A stretch of 64,000 bases of DNA from Danxiaibacter flavus (GTDB lineage: Bacteria; Bacteroidota; Bacteroidia; Chitinophagales; Chitinophagaceae): assembly GCF_041060425.1 (NCBI RefSeq), contig NZ_JAULBC010000004.1, forward strand, positions 389,649 through 453,648. Reading direction: 5' to 3'. The notes under the pieces are model-generated. The model saw only the letters and a list, made by a program, of their open reading frames with translations, made no database searches and had not been told where the DNA came from. Positions 31,779-41,140 of this stretch are shown piece after piece (within the stretch, counting starts at the first letter, position 1; every line of letters starts with the position of its first letter). Made by a program: the position numbers and the translations under genes.

Positions 31779-33374
31779 TTATTCATACATTGGATTTTGC
31801 GGTTGTAGATTCGGATTACGCTGCATTTCTGTTGGCGGTAACGGCAACAATAAATCTTTTGTCGTATAAAACTGCCCCCTGCCGTTTGAATGGCCTATCA
31901 ACGCAGAAAATGTTGGATTAGTACCTGACACGTCCGGGTAAAGCCTTGTACGTAACATATCAAACCAGAAATGCCCTTCCATAGCAAGCTCCCTGCAACG
32001 TTCGGCTAAAATAAAATTTTTTCGGCCTGCCGCATCACCGGGTATAGCTGGCATATTTATGTATGCCCTGTGTATAATCGGTTGCAGGTACGGTGTTGGA
32101 TCTTCACCTAATTCGTTGGCTGCTTCTGCTGCTATTAAATATGCATCTGCCATCCGGTAAATGGCAGTGTATTTACCTGAAGCTCCCGTCATAAATAATG
32201 CTGCACTATCATACCACCTGTAAGGCATGGCGGAAAAACTTATAGCAGTATCGTCACTACTGGCTGTGCTTTTATATACAAACGAGGTGCTATAGAACTG
32301 CTTTTCATGCCTGCGGATATCATTGGCGCTGTCATACATTTTTAATAACTGGGTAGAAGGTGTCCATGTTGATAGAACCAGCGAGTATTGTATTTTTAAA
32401 TTAGTGGAAGGTATCGGACTTGGAAATGTATTAGGGAATGAATATTGGGGGAAAGGTGATTGTTGTATAGAAGGATCGTATTCTATAAAGAAAAGATATT
32501 CACTACCCTTATCATAGTCTGACAGACGAAGTTTGTCAAAAGGTGTTAATCTACCAGAACTTGTAAAGAGTGCATAGCCACCGCCACTGTTCAATAGCTC
32601 CTTAGCAGTGTTTAACGCTTTCTTGTAATATTCTACGCCTTTTTGCAATGGATAACCCGCCATTGTTAAGTATACTTCTGACAACATTACCTGCACCGTT
32701 CCTCTTGATATATTATTACCGTTGAAGCCCATTGGCACATCTGCCAGCATTCCGTTTGTAAGAGCCCAGTTTAAATCCTCCGTAATGGAATTGTATACAG
32801 AATCAACTGATGTGCGTGGCATATAAATATTGTCCAGCGACGTGTACGGTTTTAATATAAGCGGCACTGCGCCAAACAACCTTATGAGATAATAGTAATT
32901 TGCGGCGCGAAAAAATTTCGCTGTTGCCAGTATTTTCTTCTGGGCCTCAGCATTAATATTCCCATTATTCTCCACGTTAGCTATAATTGAATTCGCATCT
33001 GCTATAGAGCTATAGAAATTCCTCCAAATACCGCCGAGGTAGTTCGCGCAATTATCCGGCCCTTGTGTTAGAGAAGCAAAGTTTCTTATGCTGGTATTTT
33101 GTGCCACTACATTATTTGCAAGACCCGACATGTTATCAAATGTAAAACTGTTTGATGCATCGTACAAGCCTCCTCTTACACTATAAAAGGATGGTATACC
33201 CGTACCTTTATCATATAAATAATTTAGCGCGCTTAATGCCTGTTCGGTTGTTTGATAATATTCTGATGCCGGCATGTTGCTTTTGGGTGTTTCCTGCAAA
33301 AACTTGGTACAGGAAGTTGAGGTAAATATTGCAGCAACAATGAATACCTGTATTATTATTATTGAGTGTTTCAT
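31779..33374 (-). CDS. susD: SusD/RagB-family nutrient-binding outer-membrane lipoprotein
   Basis: 531 aa, signal peptide with lipobox (TSTSC), SusD-like TPR-rich sequence. Confidence 0.85.
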   Translation of the reverse strand: MKHSIIIIQVFIVAAIFTSTSCTKFLQETPKSNMPASEYYQTTEQALSALNYLYDKGTGIPSFYSVRGGLYDASNSFTFDNMSGLANNVVAQNTSIRNFASLTQGPDNCANYLGGIWRNFYSSIADANSIIANVENNGNINAEAQKKILATAKFFRAANYYYLIRLFGAVPLILKPYTSLDNIYMPRTSVDSVYNSITEDLNWALTNGMLADVPMGFNGNNISRGTVQVMLSEVYLTMAGYPLQKGVEYYKKALNTAKELLNSGGGYALFTSSGRLTPFDKLRLSDYDKGSEYLFFIEYDPSIQQSPFPQYSFPNTFPSPIPSTNLKIQYSLVLSTWTPSTQLLKMYDSANDIRRHEKQFYSTSFVYKSTASSDDTAISFSAMPYRWYDSAALFMTGASGKYTAIYRMADAYLIAAEAANELGEDPTPYLQPIIHRAYINMPAIPGDAAGRKNFILAERCRELAMEGHFWFDMLRTRLYPDVSGTNPTFSALIGHSNGRGQFYTTKDLLLPLPPTEMQRNPNLQPQNPMYE

Positions 33375-33639
33375 TTTAAAATCTTTACTATTTTATAAAA
33401 TCGATCTTAAGTACGAAGTGCTTTAATTCGGGCATTGCTTATTACTCATGCACAACGCTCCGGAATCCATTACTTGCTAATTAATGTTGTTGTTGTAGAT
33501 TGTTGTATTTTATCTTTTTCATTAGTAATGCTATAGTTGAAGAGTGCGACGCAAGAAATGCTTAATAGCATTCCTTTGGTGGGTTCATAATAAAATTCTC
33601 GCACCATATCCATATCCTATCTCTATTAAAATATAACAT

Positions 33640-36600
33640 TTAAAGACTTACGTTCAAACCAGCTGTAAATGTGCGTGCTTTGGGATATTGATAAAACTCA
33701 ATATTCTGTCCAAATGGTGGTGCTCCTGCAGTGCTCCATGAAATACTTTGAGGATCATAGCCCTTATAGTCACCGGATTTAATGAGGAACAGGTTTTGAG
33801 CACTTATATACAATTTGGCCCGTTTTATTTTTAATAACTCCGTAAAATGCGTGCTGAAATTATAACTGATTGCAACGTTTCTTCCTCTTATGAAAGATCC
33901 GTTTGACACCCAATGACTATCGAAGCAGGCTGTTTGTCCCGCATCCGGTGCAAAACGCAATTGCTGTATGTTAGTATTCTGATTTGCCGGAGTCCATCCG
34001 TTTAACACTGTAGATAAAGAATTGCTATAGCCAGTTCTGTCTTCTGATGAAAACAGGAACGCCTGGGCCAGACTGGCACCCTGCGAAAATTGAAGATCAA
34101 TTAACAGATCAAAATTCTTATAGCCAAATGTGTTTACAAAACTGCCTGTCCAGGTGGGCGCACCTTTACCTAAAATTGTTTTATTGGCAGATTCTTTTTC
34201 TTCGCCTGCATGATAAGGATAGTTGGGATCCTTTGCTTTGCCTTCAGCAACTTCTTCGATGCTGTATGTACCTAACCTTTGATAGCCCCAGAAAGAACCT
34301 GCGGCTTCACCTACCCGCAAAATGGTAAAACCATCTGAAACCGGTCCCCAATATGGACCGGGAAATATATCTTCATTATTGTTACCCAATTTTTCTATGC
34401 GGTTTTTATTATAGTTGGCCACAATACCCATTTTCCAGTAAGAGTTCTTTTGCTGAATATTCATAGTGTTTAATGCTATATCCAGCCCTTGATTACTCAT
34501 GGATCCTATGTTGGATAAAACACCGTCAAAACCTGTACTGTTTGGTATGGGTTTGTTTAACAGCAAATCGGTAGTTAATTTGTAATAATAATCGGCTTCT
34601 AAAGAAATCCGGGTTCTAAACAGCTGCAATTCAAAACCTACATCCGTTTGTGCTGTTTTCTCCCAGCGCAAATCAGGATTGGCCAGGTTTCTTACGTAAG
34701 ATGAGCCTACCCTACTACCATTAATTAAACTTGTCTGACTGTTAATGGTGGCAATACTTTGATAAGAACCTATTTCGGTATTGCCGGTAAGGCCATAACT
34801 TGCCCTTACTTTTAAATAATTTATCGCAGGTATTTTTTCCATAAACTTTTCTTTACTTACTATATAACCTGCGCCGGCTGATGGAAAGAATGCATACTTA
34901 TTGGATGATCCAAAACGTGATGAGCCGTCATCGCGGCCGGTTAATGTAAGCAAAAACCTGTCGGCAAAAGTGTAACCTATTCTCGCAAAAAAAGAATTGA
35001 TACTCCACTGATCATAACCGCTTCCCGGTGCGTTGGGCTTGCCGCCTGCGCCCAGGTTATACATCTGAAAATAATCGTCCGAGAAATATTGTGTTGAGCC
35101 GTTTAATGTTCTGTCTATCCTTTGCTGCCAGCTTGCACCAGCCATAGCATTAATGCTGTGTTTTTTATACTTTTTTCTATACGTTAAAAAGTTTTCCCAT
35201 TGCCAGTAATTATACCTTTCACTTTGCACGCTGGCCACTCCTTTTTGGTCAGCAGACCAGTTCATTATTGTTGACGGTGAATAAGAATCGTATAACATAC
35301 TCTGCATATCAACTCCTAACTGCGTTTTAAATTCAAGATCCTTTGCCAGCTTAAAATTGAAGAATAGATTGCCAAACAATTGGGTGCGTGTATTCCGGTT
35401 GACTTGTTCCTCCAAAAACTTTACGGGATTTTCTGCGGGATCTAAAAACGAAAACGTTGATGACATCATATTATTCGCCCATTCACCATCCGGTAATTTT
35501 ACAGGGAATATGGACGGCATTTCTATCATAGTTCTTGTTGGGTTATTACCGCCGGTACTTGGATATACAACATTCTCCACAGTGTTGTTAATCATGAGGT
35601 TGGCGCCGAAATCCAACCAGTTATTTATTTTGTTATCATGTGCCAGTCTTGCATTTAACCTGCGCAAATCTGAATTAAGCATAATGCCCTGGTTGTAGCT
35701 ATAATTCAGGAAAACACCTGTTGAGGAGTTTTCCCCACGTTGCTGGATAGATATTTGATGATTGTTAGATACTGCAGTCCTTGTTACTTCATCCTGCCAG
35801 TCTGTATTATAAATGGGTGTTCCGTCAGTTTTAAACAAGCGCGTATCAGATAAGTCCAGTGTACGGGGTCCTGCTCCCCATAGTGGATTGTTAGCCATGC
35901 CTTGTTTTAATACATCCAAAAACTGTCGGGAGTTTAATACAGAGATTTTATTGGCCATTTTACCTATACTTAAAGAAGCATCATATGTTATAATGGTACC
36001 TTTAGCTGAGTTGCCTCTCTTGGTTGTTATTAGTATTACTCCATTTGATCCTCTGGCTCCATAAATACTTGTTGCCGATCCATCTTTTAATACTTCTACA
36101 TTTTGTATATCATAAGGTTCAAGTATTGTATGTTTGTCATTGCTACCCCATCTACTACATATAACGGGTCTGTTGAGGAATTGATGGAACCTATACCTCG
36201 AATAATAACAGAGGGAGAACCGGTAGGTGACCCAGAGTTTAAAGCTATGTCCACGCCGGCAACGCGGCCCTGTAAACCCTCGAGCGCATTAGTTACAGGT
36301 CGTGCCAGCAAATCAGTGGCTTTAACTGAACTTACGGAACCGGTAACATCTTTCTTACGCATAGATCCATAGCCAACAACCACAACAGAATCAAGGTTAT
36401 TTTTAATGGCTGGTAGTATTACATCCTTTGCCATGTCAGCAGGCTTTTCAACTTCCGCATAGCCTACCAAAGTAAAAATAAGCTTGCTGCCTGCGGCCTC
36501 GATGGCAAGCGTATAATTACCATTGTCATCAGTAATGGTTCCGGCAGTAGTTCCTTTAACCAATACTGATACATTTGACAGCGGCTTACCAGTTTCATCC

Positions 36601-36719
36601 GCAACACGTCCTTTAATTATAGTACTTTGAGCAGTTGCTGACATCGTGCATATTAAGAGTAAATATGTTGCACGTAAAAGGCTTAAGAATCTCTTATACG
36701 AAGATTTGTTCTTTTTCAT
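33640..36719 (-). pseudogene. susC: SusC/RagA TonB-dependent transporter, disrupted by an apparent single-base deletion near 36113-36117
   Basis: The N-terminal ORF 36096-36719 (CarbopepD_reg and plug start) ends ...YLNLMIYKM*. The next frame continues YDIQNVEVLKDGSATSIYGARGSNGVILITTKRG... through 33640. Restoring one T in cttat to ctttat joins the two frames. Confidence 0.6.
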
Positions 36720-37319
36720 ATTTGAATGGAGTTAAGGTTTTACTTTGATTAATTTTTCAAACAATCGTATTCCCTGACTATATAAGGTGGATTTTCAACA
36801 TTATCCTTAAAACACAAATTGGCATGACTTCATAAAAAACAAAACAATTTCCGGAACCATTGATTACCAAAAGACTGTTATATAGAATTGGACACAGCAG
36901 TATCCACAAATATTTATATAGTTATTACATTGTCACGGTGGTAATTCTGATAGTATAGCATGACAAGCTGATTGTGTATTTTTTTTCATGCCAGGTTATA
37001 TTAAAAGTGAAAAAATTGCTTGCACAGGGCTTCGTGAAAGCCGTAATAGAAATCTAATTATTGGTAATGTTTGTACTAAAAGCTTATCAATTGCATAACA
37101 CGCTGATTAGTTCCATTGATTTATCCTGTTGCTAATATTGTTATACTTCGGTGGAGCGGCCAAACAAGAATAGCTACAACATAAATTTGCATCATCAAAA
37201 AAGGATATGCAAGCATCGGCTTTGGCGCCCTAACTCATCTCACATTCAGACAGCTCATGTCATAAACAGCAAAAAAGAAACTGCTGACTGATTCACGGGT
37301 TTAAGTAATAATTAAAAAC

Positions 37320-37339
37320 ATGTTCAAATGTATGAACAT
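37320..37339. promoter_or_regulatory. 20-bp palindrome ATGTTCAAATGTATGAACAT upstream of susC
   Basis: Matches 45086-45105 in both 7-nt arms. Confidence 0.45.
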
Positions 37340-37400
37340 ATAAATACACATTTATTGAGATAAATCATGTTTTGAAAAAAATTTAAACATTTTTTAAAGC

Positions 37401-37431
37401 AAAAAATCCCTTCTTCGTACTGAAGAAAGGA
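37401..37431 (-). terminator. rho-independent terminator after the GH92 copy 2
   Basis: Hairpin tcccttcttcgtactgaagaaagga plus A6 on the plus strand. Confidence 0.65.
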
Positions 37432-37460
37432 TTTAAAATTTATCTGAACAGATTGATTAT

Positions 37461-39788
37461 CTATTTCTCTGGAGAAGATGTCAACTCGTACTCCAGCTTA
37501 CCACCTTTTACAATATCCTCGAACAATACTGAAGGCTTTGACAATGAAACACCATTAAGCTTAGGTTGTTTTATATAAATGTTTGAGGCGCTGTTGTTGC
37601 GCGTTATGATTTCAAACTTATTTCCACTATAATATTTCTTGTTTAGTTGTATTGTCACTTTATCAAATAAAGATGACGACACCTGCATTTCGGGTTTGCT
37701 TAAGCCACCGCCCTGCACATCAAACAATCCGATTGCGCCAAGTACATACCAGGCACCCAGTTGCCCCTGATCCTCATCCTGCCCGTAACCATAACCGTGT
37801 ATTCCGTCTGTTCCATAGAACTCGTTACAAATAGCGCGCACCCATTTTTGTGTGAGCCATGGCATACCGGAATAGTTAAACAACCACGGCATATGTAAAC
37901 AAGGTTGATTTCCCTGGTTGTAAAATCCTTCCAAACCGGAAAAAGCATCGATCGTTTTACCACCACTGAAAATATCTTTTTGTGACATTAAGAAGATACT
38001 ATCCAGCCGTGAATTGAATTCTTCGCGTCCCATTTTATTGATCAATGAAGCAGGATCGTGCGGCACATAGAAAGAGTATTGCCAGGCATTCCCTTCCTGG
38101 AAACCTCTCCAGGGTTGTCTTGGATTGAACTTATCAATAAATTTTCCATCAGCATAACGTGGGCGGACAAACTTTGTGGTAGTATCAAATATTTTCTCCC
38201 AGCCTTTTGACAGACGCATCAGCTCATTATAGTCATCTTGTTTATTTAATGCTTTAGCCCATTGTGCTACAGCAAAACCACTGAAAGAATATTCAAGTGT
38301 ATGTGACGCAGAAAAACAGGATTCTTCAAAGCAGGAATCCAGGTGATCAACATATCCGTATTTGCGAAAGCGTTCAACATCTGCCTTACCAGAACCCTTT
38401 GGCCGATCGGTATAACCGAGCTCATTTTTTAAGGCTGCAGCATATCCTTCCTTTACGTCAAAATCACGAATGCCGTACATGTAAGCACCGGCCAATACCA
38501 GGCTCACAAAATTGGTTCCTACACCGGAGACATACTTGCTTGTTGCAATGCCATCACCCAGCCAACCAGCATCTTTATATACCAACAATTGGCTCTTTAC
38601 AAAATCGGAATAATACTCAGGATAAGCCATGGCCCATAATGGGGTTAAATTCCAGAATGCCCCCCATATAGCATCTGTATTGTAATGCTGATGCAATGGT
38701 TTGCCGTTCGCATTCAGAGCGATTTGACCAACAGTTCCATCATTTTTAGGATAGGCTCCGTTAACATCACTTGCCAGGCCACGACCCAGCAGTGCATGAT
38801 ACAGGCCGGTATAAAACTTCTCTCTGTCTTGTGCTGCACCTCCTTCCACTTTAATTCTTCCGAGATAATTATTCCAGCTCGTCAAAGCATTGGTCTTAGC
38901 CTGGTCAAATGTTAAGGTAGCTGCTTCTTCTTTTAAATTCAGTCGTGCATTTTCAACTGATGTGTAAGACAATCCGGCTTTTACCGTTATCTTTTCATTT
39001 TCCTTGGTTGAGAAAGTAAGATACAATCCCGAACCTGCACCCTGCATCTCTTTTACGCCTGCAGTTTGTGCATCACCTTTAAATACACCAAAGGAGGTTG
39101 GCTTTTTATCGACAACAGCAGAAAAGTACATAGCAACTTCAGCCCCGTGCTGGTATTTCTGCACATAAACCGGCAACGTGATTACATACCCTTCTATACG
39201 GCCATCATCTGTCATATACACTTTTGCATCTTTTACTTCGCCGCTTTCACCTTGCTTGTTTCCTATATCGAACAAAATGTGCGCATCCTCACTTGCCGGA
39301 AATGTGTACCGCTGAAATGCCACACGTGGTGTGGATGTAAGTTCAGCTTTAATACCATAGTCTTTTAACAACACGGAGTAATAGCCAGCTGTTGCTTTTT
39401 CATCTTTATGATCAAAGCGTGAACGATAGCCTTTTTTTCCGGCATCTTCCATCAATCCCGGTGTTGTTCTCAGTTCTCCTGTGGTTGGCATAAATACCAC
39501 GCCACCTACCTGGAACTCATGAAAATTGGGAAAGCCTTCTATTGATTCATGCCTGTAGTCATAACCAACCGCTTCCCATCCGCTTTTGTTACCATAATGC
39601 CCGTTTGTTGACGGTGCAGGCTTAGCCATCGCAAATGGAACTGCGCCAGGCGTAAAGTGAAACCAGCGGCAATGCGCTGTGCCTATGTAAGGATTTACGT
39701 AGTCTGATATTTTTTTTGATGATTGAGCCTGTGCTTTCGCAATTAATAGAAGCACAAGAAACGAGACTATAAATTTACGGCTTGTCAT
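37461..39788 (-). CDS. GH92-family alpha-mannosidase (copy 2), secreted
   Basis: 775 aa with a signal peptide and GH92 conserved blocks. Confidence 0.85.
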   Translation of the reverse strand: MTSRKFIVSFLVLLLIAKAQAQSSKKISDYVNPYIGTAHCRWFHFTPGAVPFAMAKPAPSTNGHYGNKSGWEAVGYDYRHESIEGFPNFHEFQVGGVVFMPTTGELRTTPGLMEDAGKKGYRSRFDHKDEKATAGYYSVLLKDYGIKAELTSTPRVAFQRYTFPASEDAHILFDIGNKQGESGEVKDAKVYMTDDGRIEGYVITLPVYVQKYQHGAEVAMYFSAVVDKKPTSFGVFKGDAQTAGVKEMQGAGSGLYLTFSTKENEKITVKAGLSYTSVENARLNLKEEAATLTFDQAKTNALTSWNNYLGRIKVEGGAAQDREKFYTGLYHALLGRGLASDVNGAYPKNDGTVGQIALNANGKPLHQHYNTDAIWGAFWNLTPLWAMAYPEYYSDFVKSQLLVYKDAGWLGDGIATSKYVSGVGTNFVSLVLAGAYMYGIRDFDVKEGYAAALKNELGYTDRPKGSGKADVERFRKYGYVDHLDSCFEESCFSASHTLEYSFSGFAVAQWAKALNKQDDYNELMRLSKGWEKIFDTTTKFVRPRYADGKFIDKFNPRQPWRGFQEGNAWQYSFYVPHDPASLINKMGREEFNSRLDSIFLMSQKDIFSGGKTIDAFSGLEGFYNQGNQPCLHMPWLFNYSGMPWLTQKWVRAICNEFYGTDGIHGYGYGQDEDQGQLGAWYVLGAIGLFDVQGGGLSKPEMQVSSSLFDKVTIQLNKKYYSGNKFEIITRNNSASNIYIKQPKLNGVSLSKPSVLFEDIVKGGKLEYELTSSPEK

Positions 39789-39869
39789 AAACCTTTTTTT
39801 AGGAGTTATTTATGAGATACTCATCCGGTGCAATTGTGCCAGTTGAGCGACTAATTCGTTGAGATGATT

Positions 39870-41087
39870 CTATTCAACCTTAACCCGAATAAATCTTGGC
39901 CGGTAAAGATCCGGGTACTTTTGTATGTCATTAAAAAAGTCGAAAGAATTTACATTATAGCTTATCAGCAATTCATTAGGGGTTGAAAAGTTGGAATGCG
40001 CCTTGGCATTATAAGTAAAAATATTTTTACCCAATTTTATTTCTGGACATTCCCAAATTTTTATCACGGGACCAAATGGCCCTACGGGAGACGAACCAAG
40101 TCGTAAGCCAACTGCAGAGCCTATTCCGTCAACCTGAAACACCAATGCATAGCGGCCGTCTTGCAACCTTGTTACACTTAGCTCGTTAGACAGATGATCT
40201 GTAATGTTTGCGATCGTGTGCATATCGGCGTTCCATTTTCTTCCATCCCAATATCGCCATTCTGCTACATTCCCAATGTCTTTCGGCTTTACCCTGGCCG
40301 CCACCAAATGTTTTGCTTTCCCGCGCACGCCATACACATACACAAAGCCATCTCCGTTAGCTATGCCGGTCTTTTTTGTGTTCACGAAAACACCTGCACC
40401 AAATGAAGCAAATTGTTCTTCATCACCGTCATTCAAAAATGGTAAATCTATCTGCTGTAAATTCTTAAAAGGTGGCCGGCTGTAAGCAGGAATGGTAATT
40501 AAAGTAGTACCGACTTCTTTGAACCCAAATACACTGTCTTTGGTATTGCGGATAGTGTGGCCAAAAAGATTTATTTCGTTATTTCTTTCGGTATTCACAA
40601 ATCCATCACCCAGCCAGTAATAATCGCCTTCTTTTGTTGCCGGAGTACGAGGCTCAAACACAGACAGCGGCTGACCAATTGATGTACTATCCCATTTGAA
40701 TTGAATCTTGTCCTTTTCAGAAATTGTACCCTTTACGTAAGCTACACTGTTATGGATCATTACATAACCCGGCTGCAGCTTGCCATTGATGATGTCGCCG
40801 ATCATGCTGTCACTAAACACAAGCATTGTCGTATCATCATCAGCACTTTTTGTATCCTTACCGTTTAGCGGAATGGCATAAATACCATCTGCTCCAAACC
40901 AGCCATGTTGCCTGTTGAAAAGCGCTGTCCATTGCGAATCCGGTTTTGCAGTAAACTTAATTGTAGTATTGTCTGTGCTTTTTGCGACAGCCATTTTATT
41001 GCTGCTTTTACAAGCAACCAATGACACAGACAGCATTAGTATGCATGCCGCAGTATGTTTTATACTTCTGCAAGCCTGGCTATTCAT
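39870..41087 (-). CDS. lipoprotein, putative beta-propeller glycosidase (DUF4185/GH-like)
   Basis: 405 aa with a lipobox (LVAC). Repeated Gly/Asp-rich beta-strand motifs. Family call is tentative. Confidence 0.45.
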   Translation of the reverse strand: MNSQACRSIKHTAACILMLSVSLVACKSSNKMAVAKSTDNTTIKFTAKPDSQWTALFNRQHGWFGADGIYAIPLNGKDTKSADDDTTMLVFSDSMIGDIINGKLQPGYVMIHNSVAYVKGTISEKDKIQFKWDSTSIGQPLSVFEPRTPATKEGDYYWLGDGFVNTERNNEINLFGHTIRNTKDSVFGFKEVGTTLITIPAYSRPPFKNLQQIDLPFLNDGDEEQFASFGAGVFVNTKKTGIANGDGFVYVYGVRGKAKHLVAARVKPKDIGNVAEWRYWDGRKWNADMHTIANITDHLSNELSVTRLQDGRYALVFQVDGIGSAVGLRLGSSPVGPFGPVIKIWECPEIKLGKNIFTYNAKAHSNFSTPNELLISYNVNSFDFFNDIQKYPDLYRPRFIRVKVE

Positions 41088-41140
41088 GAACTAAGTTTAA
41101 TAAGTTATCCGGTAAACAACTTTCAGTAGTTTTTTTACTA

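Noticed and set aside
31555-31869. 104-aa plus-strand ORF in the susD-GH38 spacer
   Set aside because: It overlaps the nested palindrome and the 3' end of susD on the opposite strand. It is Cys/Phe-rich with no coding signal.
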